Assembly (NCBI RefSeq): GCF_009914755.1
Contig: NC_060932.1
Reading direction: 5' to 3' (one strand)
DNA length: 64,000 nt
Origin: the human T2T-CHM13v2.0 reference genome, Homo sapiens
The notes below the pieces were generated by a model that was not told the DNA's origin, did not search any database, and was given only the letters and a program-made list of their open reading frames with translations. Positions 1 through 14,360 of this stretch are shown piece after piece; position 1 is the first letter of the stretch, and each line of letters begins with the position of its first letter. The position numbers and the translations under genes were made by a program.

Positions 1-3000
1 TAAAAACGCTTTTTTTGTGAATCTGTGAAGGGATGTTTCAGAGAGCAGTAAGACCTGTTGGGAAAAACAGAATATCCCAACATAAAAACTAGAAAGAAGC
101 TATGTGTGAAAGTGGTTTGTGATGTGTGCTTTCAGCTCACAGAGTTAAACCTTACTTTGGATTCAACAGTTTGGAAATACTATTTTGGTAGAATCTGTGA
201 AGGTACAATTCAAAGTGCAATGAGGCCTACATCAAAACAGCAAATATCATGCAATAAAATGTAGAAAGAAGCTATCTGTGAAGCTGCTTTGTAATATGTA
301 AATTTAGCTTTCAGAGATAAACCTTTCTTTTATTTCAGCAGGTTGGAAACACTCTTTTTGTAGAATCTGGGAAGGGACATTTCAGAGCACAGAGAGGCCT
401 ACAATGAAAAATTGAAAAACCCATGATAAAAACTAAAAAGAAGCTGTCAGTGAAACTGCTTTCTCATGTGTGCATTCAGCTCACAGAGTTAAACCTTACT
501 TTGATTCAGCAGCTTGGAAACGTCTTTTGGTAGAATCTGCAAAGGGACATTTCAGAGCCCACTAGGCCTATTGTGAAAAACATCATATCACTAAATAAAA
601 GGTAGAAAGAATCTATCTCTGAAACTTCTTTGTGATGTGAGCATTCAGCTTCCAGAGTTAAACCATATTTTTCATTCAGCAGCTTGGAAACATTCTTTTA
701 GTAGAATATGCAAAGGATCATTTCAGAGTTAATTGAGGCCTACAATGGGAGACTGAATATCACCTGATAAAATCTAGAAAGAAGCTATCTGTCGAACTTT
801 GTGAAGTGTGGATTCAGCTCACAGAGTTAACCTTTGTTTTGATTCAGCAGGTTGAAAACACTCTTATAGTAAAATCTGTGAAGGTACATTTCAGTGTGCA
901 CTGAACCCTATAGTGAAAATCTGTAAATCCTGTGAAGAAAAACTAGAAAGAAGCTATCTGTGAAACTGCTTTGTAATGTGTGGATTCATCCCACAGGGTT
1001 AAACCTTTCCTTTTGTTCAGCAGGTGGGAAATATTTTTTACATAGAATCTGCAAAGAATCATTTTGGAGCTTACTGAAGACTACAGTGAAAAATAATTGA
1101 ATATCCCTAGATAAAAACTAGAAGAACTTATCTGTGAAACTGCTCTGTGATGTGTGCATTCAGATCACAGTGTTAAATGATTCAGCAGTTTGGAAGCACT
1201 GTTTTTGTTGGATCTGAGAAGGGACATTTCAAAGGGCTTTGAGGCAAATAGTGAAAAACTGAATATCCCATGATAAAAACTAGAAAGAAGCTGTGTGTTA
1301 AACTGATTTCTTATGTTTTAATTCAGCTTACAGAATTAAGCCTTCATTTTTTTCAGCTGGATGGAAACACTTTTTTTTGTAGAATCTGCAAAGGGAAATT
1401 TGGGGGTGCACAGAGGCTTACAGTGAAAAACAAAATTCTGTGATACAAACTAGAAAGAAGTTATCTGTGAAACTGCTTTGTGATGTGTGGACTCAGCTCA
1501 CAGTTTGGAAACATTCTTTTTGTAGAATATAAGAATAGGCATTTCTGAACCCACTGAGGACTATAGTGAAAACCAAATATTTGTGAAAAAACAAGAAAGA
1601 AGCTATCTGAGAAACTGCTTTGTGATGTATGGATTCAGCACACAAAATTAAACCTTTCTTTTGATTCAGCATGCTGGAAACACTTTTTGTGGTATCTGTA
1701 AAGGGATATTTCAGAAGGCAGTGAGGCCTATTGTGGATAATGGAAAATCCCACAATAAAAACTAGAAAGAAACTATCTCTGAAAAAGCTTTGTGATGTGT
1801 AATTTCAGCTCACAGAATTAAATCTTTCTTATCATTCAGCAGGTTGGAAACCTTCTATTTGTAGAATCTATGAATGAACATTTCTGAACCCACTGAGGCC
1901 TATAGTGAAAACCATATATTATGTGATGAAAACTAGAAAGAAGCTATCTGTGAAATTCTTCGTGATATTTGCATTCAGCTTATGGAGTTAAACCTTTCTT
2001 TTCATTTAGCAGTTTGGAAACACTTTTTGTGGAATCTGTGTAGAGACATTTCACAGCACAGTAAGACTCATAGTGAAAAACTGAATATACAGCTATAAAA
2101 AGTAGAAATAAGTGATTTGCTTCTTTCTAGTGAAATGGTTTTGTGATGTGTGCATTCTGCTCACAGAGGTAACTTTTATTCTGTTCCAGCAGTTTGGAAA
2201 CATTCTTTATGTACAATCTGCAAATAGACATTTCAGAGTGCCTTGTGGCCAATAGTGAAAAACAGAATATCATACAATAAGGTCTAGAAAGAAGCTATCT
2301 GTGAAACTTCTTTGTGATGTGCATATTTAGCTCACAGAGTCAAACCTTTCTTTTGATTCTGCCTTTTGGAAGCACTCTTTTTGTAGAAATTGCAAAGGGA
2401 CATTTAAGAGCTCATTGAAGCCTGTGGTCAAAAATAGAATATCCCGAGATAAAAACTAGAAAGAAGCTATCCTTGAAACTGCTTTGCAATGTGTTCATTC
2501 AGCTCACAGAATTAAACCTAACTCTTGATTCAGAAGTTTGGAAACACTCTTTTTGTAGAATCTGTGAAGGAACAGTTCAGAGCACCTAGATGCCTATAGT
2601 AAAAAGCAGAATATCCTGTGATAAAAACAAGAAAGGAAGTACCTGTGTATCTGCTTTGTGATATGTTCATTCAGCTCAAGACATTAAATCTTACTTTTGA
2701 TTCAGCCATTTGGAAACACTCTTTTTGGAAAATCTGCAAAATGACATACCGGAGAGCAGTAAAGCCTACTGTGAAAAACAGAATATCCCACGATAAAAAG
2801 GTGAAAGAAGATATGTCTGAAACTGCTTGTGATGTGTGGATTCAGCTCACAGAGTTAAAACTTTCCTTTGATATATCAGTTTTGAAATATGCTTTTTGTA
2901 GAATCTGCAATGGGACATTTTGGAGCACTGTAAAGCCTATGGTGAAAAACGGAATATCCTGTGATAACAATAAAAAGAAACGGTAAAACTGCCTTGTGAT

Positions 3001-6000
3001 GTGTACATTTAGCTCACAGAACTAAACCTTTCTTTCCATTCAGCAGAATCTGCAAAGGGAGATTTCAGATTGAAGTGAGGTGTATAGTGAAAAAGAAAAT
3101 ATCCCTCAATAAAAACTACAAAGAAGCTGTCTGTGACACTCTTTGTGATGTGTACATTCAGCTAACAGATTTAAGCCTTTCTTTTCATTCAGCAATTTGG
3201 AAACACTCTTCTTGTAGTATCTGTGAAGTTACATTTTGGAACCCATTGATGCCTGTAATGAAAAACTGAATATCCTGTGATAAAAATTAGAAAGAAGGTA
3301 TCTATGAAACTACTTTGTGATGTGAGCATTCAGCTCACAGTGATAAACTTTAGTTTTGATTCAGCTTTTTGGAAACACTCTTTTTGTAGAATCTGAAAAG
3401 GAACTCTTCCATAGCATTGAGGCCTATAGTGGAAAACTGAATATCTTGTGACAAAATTAAGAAAGAAGCTATCTGTGAAACTACTTTGAGATGTGTTAAT
3501 TCAGCTCCCAGTTTTAAAGCTTTCTTTGGATTCAGCAGTTTGGAAACACTCTATTTGTGGAATCTGTGAATGGACATTTTGGAGCCCATTGGGGCCTATA
3601 GTGAAAAACTGAATATCCTGAGATAAAAACTAGAAAGAAGCTATTTGTGAAGATGCTTTTTGATGTGTGCATTCGGTTCATATATTTAAACCTTACTTTT
3701 GATAAAGCAGTTTGGAAACACTTTTTTTATAGAATCTATGAGGTGACATTTCAAAACATATTGATGCCTATAGTGAAAAATCGAATATCCCAAAATAAAA
3801 ACTACAAAGAAGCTTTTTAAAAAACTGTTTTGCAATGTGGGCCCACATAAATAACCTTAATTTTAATTCAGCTATTTTAAACAGTCTTTTGGTAGAATCT
3901 GCAAAGGGACATTTCAGAGTGCAGTGAGGCCTACAGAAAGGCCGAATATTCTGTGATACAAACCGGAAAGAAGATACTGTGAAACTGGTTTGTGATTGCA
4001 GATTCAGTTTACAGAGTTAAGCCTTTATTTTGATTCAGAAGATTGGAAAAACTTTTTTTTTAGAATCTGCATAGGGACATTTAGGAGCCCACTAAAGTGT
4101 ACAGTGAAAAACTGAATATCCCAAGATAAAAACTAGAAAGCAGCTATTAGTGAAACTGCTGTGCAATGTGTGCATTCAGCTTACAAAGTTAAATCTTCAT
4201 TTTCATTCAGCTATCTGGAAAAACTCCTCATGTAGAATCTGCAAAGCAACATCTCAGAGGACATGGGTTCTATAATGAAAAACATAATATCCTGCAATAA
4301 AACCTAGAAAGAAGCTATCTATGAAACTGCTTTGTTATGTGTGGATTCAGCTTTGAGAATTAAACCTTACTTTTGATTCGCCAGTTTGGAAACACTCTTT
4401 TTGTAGAATCTGTAAAGGGCCATTTTATAGTGCAGTGAGGTCTACAGAACATAATAGAATATTTCACAAGAAAAATTGGAAGGAAGCTTTATGTGAAATT
4501 GCTTTGTGATATGTGAATTCAGCTCAGGGTTAAATTTTTCTTTTGATTCAGCAGTTTGGAAACATTCTCTTTGTAGAATATGCTAAGGAACATTTTGATG
4601 TCTTTTAGGCTAATAGTGAAAAACAGTATATCCCTAGATAAAAACTACAAGGAACCTATCTGTCAAACTGCTTTGTAATGTGTGGATTCAGCTCACAGAA
4701 TTAAATCTTTCTTTTGATTCAGCAGCTTGTAAACACTCTTTTTGTGGAATCTGTGAAGGGAAATTTTGGAATGCAGTAATGCCTAGAGTAAAAAACAGAA
4801 TATCCCCAGATAAAAACTAGACAGAAGTTTCTGTGCAACTGTTTTGAGATGTCTGCATTCAGCTCACAGAGTTAAACTTTTCTTCTGATTCAGCAGTTTA
4901 GAAACTCTCTTTATGTAGAAACTGTGAGGCACATTTCAGAGCGTAGTGAGGCCTACAGTGGAAAAGAAAATATCCCGCAATACACATTAAAAGAAGCTGT
5001 GTGGGAAACTGCTTTGTAAAGTGTGGATTCAGCTCACAATGTTAAACCTTTCTTTTGATTCAACTGTTTGGAAACACTCTTTTTGTAGTATCGGTGAAGA
5101 AACATTTCAGAGCACAGTGAGGCATATACTGAAATACAAAATATCCCATGAGAAAAACTAGACAGAAGGTGTCTGAGAAACCCCTTTTTGATGTGTGCAT
5201 TCAGCTCACAGATTTACACCTTACTTTTGATTTAGCAGTGTAGAAACACTATTTTTGTAGTATCTGTGAAGTTATATTTCAATGGATATTGAGGTCTATA
5301 GTGAAAAACTGAATATCCTGAGATAAAAACCCAGAAAGAAGCTATCTGTGATGTTGCTTTATGATTTGTGGATTCAGATCACAGAGTTAAACCTTTGTTT
5401 TGATTCAGCAGTTTGAAAACCCTATTTTTGTGGAGCCTGCAAAGGGACATTTCAGAGCACAGTAAGGTCTTCTTTAGTGAAAAACAAAATATCCCATGAT
5501 AAATACTAGAAAGAAGCTATCTGTGAAATTGTTCTTTCAGGTGGGGATTCAGCTCACAGAGTTAAACCTAACTTGGTACGCAGGTTGGAAACACTCTTTT
5601 TGTAAAATCTGTGAAGAAATATTTCAGAGTACACTGAGTCTTATACTGAAAAATCAAAGATCCCGTGATAAAATAAAAAGAAAGAAGCTATCTGGAAAAC
5701 TGCTTTGTGATGTGTGCATTCATCTCACATAGTTAATCCATTCTTTTGATTCAGCAGGTTGAAAACACTCTTTTTGTAGACTCCGTGAAGGGATTTTTCA
5801 GAGCCCACTGAGGCCTATAGTGAAAAAGTGAATATCACGTGATAAAAAACTAGAATGAAGCTATCTCTGAAACTGTTTTGTGAAGTGTGTAATCAGCTCA
5901 AAGAGTCAAACCATCCTTTGGATTCAGCAGCTTTGAAACTCTTTTTTTGTAGACTCTGCTAAAGGATATTTTGGAGCACACTGAGGACTCTAGTGAAAAA

Positions 6001-9000
6001 CAAAATATCCCACAAAAAATAAAATGAAGCTATCAGTGAAACTGATTTGTAATGTTTGTGTTTAGCTTACAGAGTTAAATCTTTCTGATTTTTAGGAGGT
6101 TAGAAACACCTTTTATGTGGAATCTGTGAAGGAACATTTCTGAGCCCACTGAGGTTTACAGTGAAAACTGAATATCTCATGATAAAAAATAGAAGCGACC
6201 TGGGAAACTGGTTTGTGATATGTGTATTCAGTTCACAGAGTTAAACCTTTCTTTTGATTCACCATGTTGGAAACACTCTTTTTGCAGAATCTCCAAAGGG
6301 ATATTTTGGAGATCACCAAGGCCTATAATAAAAAACAGAATATTCTGCAATAAAAACTAGAAAGAATCTATCTGTAAAACTGCTTTCTGATGTCTTAATT
6401 CAGCTCACAGAGTTAACCTTCCTGTTGATTAATCAGCTTGAAAACGCTTTTTTTTTTTTTTTTTGTAGAATCTGTGCAGGGACATTTTGGAGTGCACTGA
6501 GGCCTACAGTGAAAAACTGAATACCCCACTATAAAAACTAGAAAGAAGGTATTTATGAGATGGCTTTGTGATGAGTGGATTCAGCATTGATACTTATACC
6601 TTTCTTTTGATTCAGCAGGTTGGAAACACTGTTATAGAAGAATCTGCAAACGGACACTTCAGAGCACACTGAAGCATATACTGAGAAACAAAATATCCCA
6701 TGATAAAAACTAGAAAGAAGCTATCTGTGAAACTGATTTGTGATGTATGGATCCAGCTTACAGACTTAAACCTTCTTTTATATTCATCAGTTTGGAAACA
6801 CTTTTATTTTTAGAGACTGTGATGGTATATTTTAGAGCACGGTAAGGTCTATAGTGAAAAACAGAATATCCATCCATACAAACTAGAAAAAAAAGCTGTC
6901 TGTTAAACGGCTTTGTGATGGGTGCATTCAGCTTGCAGAGTTAAACCTTTCTTTTGATGTTGCAGGACTGAAATACTTTTTTTGTAAAATCTGGGAAGTG
7001 ACATTTCAAAGCCCACTGAGGCCTATAGTAACAAACGGAATATTACTAGATAAAAACTATAAAGAAGCTCTCTGTAAAATTGCTTTGTGATGTGAGGATT
7101 TAGCTCACAGAGTTAAAGTTTTCTTTTGATTCAGTGGTCTGGAAACACTCTTTTTGCAGAATCTGTGAAGGGTCATTTTAAATAGCATTGAGTTCTATAG
7201 TAAAAAAAAATCCCATGAAAAAAACTAGAAAGAAGCTATGTGTGAAATGCTTTGTGCTGTCTCCATTCAGCTCACAGGATTAAACCTTTGTTTTGATTCA
7301 GCAGTTTGGAAACATACTTTAAGGCCTATTGTGAAAAACCAAATATCCCCTAATAAAATCTAGAAAGAAACTATCAGTGAAACTTTGATGTGGGGATTCA
7401 GCTAACAGAGTTCAGTTTTTCATTTAATTCAACTGCTTGGAAACACTCTTTTTGTAGAATCTGTGAAGGGACACTCTGGACACACTGAAGCCTATGGTAT
7501 AAAACCAAATGTCCCTAGATAAAAACTAAAAGAAGCTATCTGTGAATCTGTTTTGTGAAGTGTGCATTCTGCTCAAATAATTAAAACTTACTTTTGAATC
7601 AGTAGTTTGGGAAAACTCTTTTTGTGGAATCTCTGAAAGGACTTTTTGGAGTGCAGTGAGGCTTATAATGAAAAACTGAATATCATGTGGTAAAAAATCT
7701 AAAAAACACTCTTACTGAAACTGCCTGTGTTGTGTGTATTCAGCTCATAGAATTAAATATTTTTTATTCAGCAGTTTGGAAACACTCCTTTGGGAGAATC
7801 TGTAAATGGAAATTTTGGAACACAGTGAGACTTACAGTGAAAAACTGAATATCCTGTGATAAACACTAGAAAAAGCTATCTGTGAGGCTGCTGTGTGATG
7901 GGTGCATTCAGCTCTCAGAGTTGAAACTTTTTTTGATATAGAAAGTTGGAAAAACTCTTTTTATACAAATTGTGAAGTGACATTTATGAGTGCTGTGAGG
8001 CATACAGAGAAAACCCAAATATCCCATGATAAAATCTAGAGAGAAGCTACCGTGACACTGCTTTCTGGTGTGTGGATTCAGCTCACAGAGTTAAACCTTT
8101 TTTTGATTCAATAGTTTGATAACACTCTTTTTCTACAATTTGCTAAAGGAATTTTGGAGGGCCTTGAGGACAATAGTGAAAAATTGCATATCACTGAATA
8201 AAAATTAGAACAAAGCAGTCTCTGAAATGGCTTTGTGATGTGTTGATTCAGCTCAAAGAGTTAAACCTTTCTTTTGATTCAGCAGGTTGGAAATGCTCTT
8301 TTTGTAGAATCTGCAAAGAGACATTTCAGAACCCACTGAGGCCTACAGTGAAAATTCAAATATCCCTAGATAAAAACTAGAAAGAAGCTATCTGTGAACC
8401 TGCTTTGCAATGTGTGCTTTCAGATCTCAGATGTAAACCTTACTTTTGATGCAGCTATTTGCAAACACTCTTTTTGTAGACTCTAAGAAGGGACATTTCA
8501 GACGACAGTGAGTCCTACAGTGAAAAACAAAATATCCCAGGAAAAAATTACAAAGAATTTATCCATGAAACTGCTTTGTCATCTGTGGATTCATCTCACA
8601 GAGTTAAACCTTTCTTTTGATTCAGCAGGTTGGAAACACTCTTTTGTAGAATCTGCTATGGGACATTTGGGAGCCATTGAGGACTATGGTAAAAACATCA
8701 AATATCCCCAGATAAGAACTAGAAAGAATCTATCTGTGAACTGCTTTGTAATGTCTGGATTCATCTCACAGAATTAGACGTTTCTTTTGATTTAGCAGTT
8801 TGGAAACACTCTTTTTGTAGAATCTGCAAAGGGACATTTCGGAGACCAATGAAGCCTATATTGAAACACTTCAGGTTCTAGAAAGAAGCTATTTCTGAAA
8901 CTGCTTTTAATGTGTGCATTTAGCTCAGAGAGATAAAAGTTCATTTTGATTCAGCAGTTTGGAAACACTTTTTTTTCAAAATCTGTGAAGAGACATTTCA

Positions 9001-12000
9001 GAGGGCTTTGAGGAATATAGTAAAAAACAGAATATCCTGCAATAAAAACTAGCAAGAAGCTATGTGTTAAATTTTTTTATGATGTGTGGATTCAGCTCAT
9101 TGAGTTGAACCTCTTTTTTTTTTTTATTCAGCAGGTTGGAAAAACTCTTTTTGTGGAATCTGTGAAGGGATATTTCAGAGTGCAGTAAGGCCCATAGTGA
9201 AAAACAAACTTTTGTGCAATAAAAACTAGAAAGGAGCTATATGTGAAACTGATTTGTAATGTGTGGATTTAGCTCACAGAATTAAACATTTCTTTTAATT
9301 CCAGAAGTTTGAAAACACTCTTTTTGTGGAATCTGTGAAGGGATATTTCAAAGCGCATTAAGGCCATTAGTGAAAAACTGAATATACTGCGATAAAAACT
9401 AGAAGGAAGCTGTGTGTGAAACTGCTTTGTGATGTGTGAATTTATCTCACAGAATTAAGCCTTACTTTTGATTCAGTTGTTTGCAAACACTTTTTTTTTG
9501 TGGAATCTGGAAAGGGACGTTTTGGAGCTTAGTGAGGCCTACAGTGAAATACAGAATGTCCCATGACATAAACTAGAAAGAAGCTACCTGTGAAAGTGTT
9601 TTGTGATGGGTGGATTCCGTTCAGAGTTAAATCTTTTTTTTTTGATAAAACAATTTGGTTAAACTCTTTTTATGGAATCTAGGAATGGACATTTCAGAGC
9701 CCACTGAGGTCTATAGTAAAAAACCGAATATCTCAAGATAAAAACTAGAAAGAAGTTATCTGTGAAACTACTTTGTGATAGGTGCATTCAGGTCACAAAG
9801 GTAAACCTTACTTTTGAATCAGCAGTTTGGAAACACTCTTCTTGAAGCATAGGCAAAGGGACATTTGGGAGTTCATTGATGCTTATAGTAAAAAATAAAA
9901 CACCCCATGATAAAAACTAGAAAGAATCTATGTGTGAAACTGATTTGTGATGAGTGGATGCAGCTCACAGAGATAAACTTTATTTTCGATTCAGCAGTTT
10001 GGAAACACTTTTTTGCAGAACCTGTGAAGGAATGCTTCAGAGTTCAGTAAGGCCTATAGTGAAAAACTGAATATGCTGTGATAAAAACTAGAAAGATGCT
10101 ATCTGTGAACTTGCTGTATGTTGTGAGGATTCTACTCACAGAGTTAAACTTTTCTTTTGATTCAGCAGGTTGAAAAAACTTTTTTTTGTAGAATCTGCAA
10201 AAGAACATTTCAGAGCACACTTAGGCCTAGAAGGAAAAGCCTAATATATTTAGATAAAAACTAGAAAGAATCTATCCGTGAAACTGCTTTGTAATGTGTG
10301 CGTTCAGCTCACAGAGGTAAACCTTACTTTTGACTCAGCAGTTTGAAAACACACTTTTTGTAGAATCTGCAGGAGGACATTTGATAGCACATTGATGCCT
10401 AAAGTGCAAAACAGAATTTCTCATGATAAAAACTAAAAAGAAGCTATCTGTGAAACAGCTTAGCAATTTGTTCATTCAGCACATAGGTTTAAACCTTACT
10501 TTTGATTCAGCCTTTGAAAAGACTATTGGTAGAATATGCAAAGAAACATTGCAGAGTGCAGTGAGGCCTACAGTAAATAACTGAATACTACATGATAAAA
10601 ACCAGAAAGAAGCTATGTGTTAAACTGCTTAGTGATGTGTGCATTCAGCTAAAATAGTTAAACATTACTTTTGGTACAGCCGTTTGAAAACACTCTGTTT
10701 CTAGAATCTGCAAAGGGACATTTCAAAATGCGTTGATTGCCTGTAATGAAAAATCAAATAGCCAATGATAAAAACTAGAAAGAAGCTATCTATGAAATTA
10801 CTTTGAGATATGGGCATTCAGCTTGAAGAATTAAACCTTACTTTTTATTCAGCTGTTTGGAAACACTCTTTTGGTAAAATCTGCAAAGGGATATTTTAGA
10901 GTGCAGTGAAAAACAATGCAAAACCTAATATCCCATGATAAAAACTAGAAAGAAGCTATCTGTGACACTGCTTTGTGATATGTGGATTCAGCTCACAGAC
11001 TTAAACCTTACTTTTGATTTAGCAGTTTGGAAACACTCTTTTTGAAGAATCTGCATAGGGAGGCATAGGGACATTACAAAGCCCACTGAGGCCTATCGTG
11101 AAAAACTGCCTATCCCTAGATAAATACTAGAGAGAAGTTATCTGTGAAACTGCTTTGTGATGTGTGCATTCAGCTCACAGAATTAAACCTTTCTTTTTAT
11201 TTATCAGTTTGGAAATACACTTTTTGTAGAATTTGTAAAGAGACATTTCAGAGCCCACTAAGCCTATAGTGAAAAACCAAATATCCCAAGATAATTACTA
11301 GAAAGAAACTATCTGTAAAACTGCTTTCTGATGTGTGCATTTAGCTCAGAGAGACACTTCAGTGCATATTGAGGTCTATCATAAACAACTGAATATCCCA
11401 CGAGAAAAACTAGAATGAAGCTGTCTGTAAAAATGCTTTTTGATGTGTGAATTCAGCTCACAGAGTTAAACATTTCTTTTGATTCAGCAGGTTGGAAAGA
11501 CTTTTGTAGAATCTGCAAAGGGACATTTCAAGGAATTCTGAAGCCTATGGTGAAAAACGGAATATCTTGAGATAAAAATTAGAAAGAAGCTATCTGTGAA
11601 ACTTCTTTGTGATGTGTGCATTCAGCTCACAAATATACATCTTACCTTTGATTCAGCAGTTTGGAAACACTTTTTTTGTAGAATATGTGAAGAAACATTT
11701 CTCAGGACATTGAGGACTATAGTGAAAAAGTGAATATCCCATGATAAAACCTATGATAGAGCCATTTATGAAACTGCTTTGTGATGTGCAGATTCAGTTC
11801 ACAGAGTTAAACTTTTGTTTGATTCAGCAGTTTGATAACACTCTTTTTGTAGAATCTGTGAAGGGATATTTCAAGGTGCAGTAAGGCCTATAGTGAAAAT
11901 CAAAATATTTCACGAAAAAAAGTAGAAAGAAGCTATCTGTGAAACTCCTTTGTGATTTTTGCATTCAGCTCACAGAGTTATACCTTTCTTTTGATTCAAC

Positions 12001-14016
12001 AGTTTGGAAAGACTATTTTTGTAGATCTGCAAATGGACATTTTGGAGCTTACTGAGGCCTACAGTTAAAAACCTAATAACTTGAGATAAAAACTGGAAGG
12101 AATTAGTGGTGAAACTGCATAGTGAATTGTGCATTTAACTCACAGTGTTAAGCCTTACTTTTGATTCAGCTCTTTGGAAAAACTCTTTTTCTGAAATCTG
12201 CGAAGGGACAGTTCAGAGTGCATTGATGCCTATAGTGAGAAATCGATTATCTTGTGACAAAAGCTAGACAGAAGCTATCTATAAAACTGCTTTGCAATGT
12301 GTGGATTCACCTCACAGAGTTAAACCTTTCTTTTAATTCAACTGTTTGGAAACACTCTTCTAGTGTAATCTGCAAAGGGACATTTTGGAGCACAGTGAGA
12401 CCTACAGTGAAAAACTTAATATCCCACAATAAAAATTAGAAAGAAGCTACCTGTGAAACTGTTTGGAATGTGTGGATTCAGCTTACAGAGATAAACCTTT
12501 CTTTTAATTCAGCAGTTTGGAAACACTCTTTTTGTAGAATCTACAAAGGGACATTTCAGAGGGCAATGAGGCATATAGTGAAAAACCAAATATCCTGCAA
12601 TAAAACCTATAAAAAAGCTATCTGTGAAACTGCTTTTTGATGTGTGGACTCCATTCACAGAGTTAAACCTTTCTTTTCATTCTCCAGTTTGGTAACACTC
12701 TTTTTGTAGAATCTGCAAAGGGACATTTTGGAGCCCATTGAGGCCTATAGTTAAAAACCTAATATCCCTAGATAAAAACTTGAAAGAAGCTTTCTGTGAA
12801 ACTGCCTTGTGATGTGTGGATTCAACTCTAAGAATTAAATCTTTCTATTGATAGAGTAGGTTGGAAACACTCTCCTTGTGGAATATGTGAAATGACATTT
12901 CAGCCTACTAGGACTATGCTGAGAAATAATATCATCAAATGAAACCTATAAAAATGCTATCTGTGAAACTGCTTTGTGACCTGTGGATTCAGCTTATAGA
13001 GTTAAAACTTTCTTTTGATTCATCAGGTTGGAAACACTGCTTTTGTAGAATTTGTGAAGGGACATTTGAAAGCCCACTGAGGCCTATAGTAAAAAACTGA
13101 GTATTCCATGATAAAAGCAGAAAGAAACTATCTGCAATATTGCTTTGTGATATGTGCATTCAGCTTACAGAGTTAAACCTTCCTTTCAATTCAAGTGTTT
13201 GGAAACACTCTTTTTGAAGAATCTGCTAAGGGACATTTCAAAAGGCCTCAAGGATTGCAGTGAGAAAAAAATATCCCTCGATAAAAACTAAAAAGAAGTA
13301 ATATGTGAAACTGCTTTGTGATGTGTGGATTCAGTTTACAGAGTTAAACCTTTCTTTTGGTTCAGCAGTTTGGAAATACTCTTTTCATAGTATGTGTGAA
13401 GGGACATTTCAGAGCACAGTGAGCCCTACGGTGAAAAACAGAATATCCTGCCATAAAATCTGGAAAGAAGCTATCTGTGAAACTGCATTATGAAGTGTGG
13501 ATTCAGCTCACAGAGTTAAACCTTTCTTTTCATTTAGCAGTTTGGAAATACTATTTTTGTAAAATCTGCAAAGTGATATTTTGGAGCCCACTGAGGCCCA
13601 TAATTGAAAACTGAATATCCCAAGATAAAAACTAGAAAGAAGCTACTGGTAAAACTCCTTTATGATGTGTGCTTTTAGCTCACAGACTGAAACCTTACTT
13701 TTAATTCACAAGTTTAGAAACACTATTTTTGTAGAATTTGCAAAGAGGCATTTCATAGTGCAGTGAGGTATATAGTTAAAAACATAATATCACGTGAGAA
13801 AATCTAAAAGGAATATACCTGTTGTCTGTGTAACTGCTTTGTGATGTGTGGATTCAGCTCACAGAGTTAAATCTTTCTATTGATTAAGCAGTTTGGAAAA
13901 ACCATTTTTCTCAAATCTTCAAAGGGACATTTCAGAGTGAAGTGAGGCCTACAGTGAAAAACCAAATATTTCAATATAAAAACTAGAAGGAAACTATCTC
14001 TAAAACTGCTTTCTGA

Positions 14017-14360
<344 letters not shown>

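Noticed and set aside
6361-6465. Monomer with TCTGTAAAACTGCTTTCTGATG and a long T run, considered as an empty pre-Alu site or retroposon tail
   Set aside because: Only one shared variant, the other flank markers are absent, and the T run is an expansion of the normal alpha TTTTT tract.
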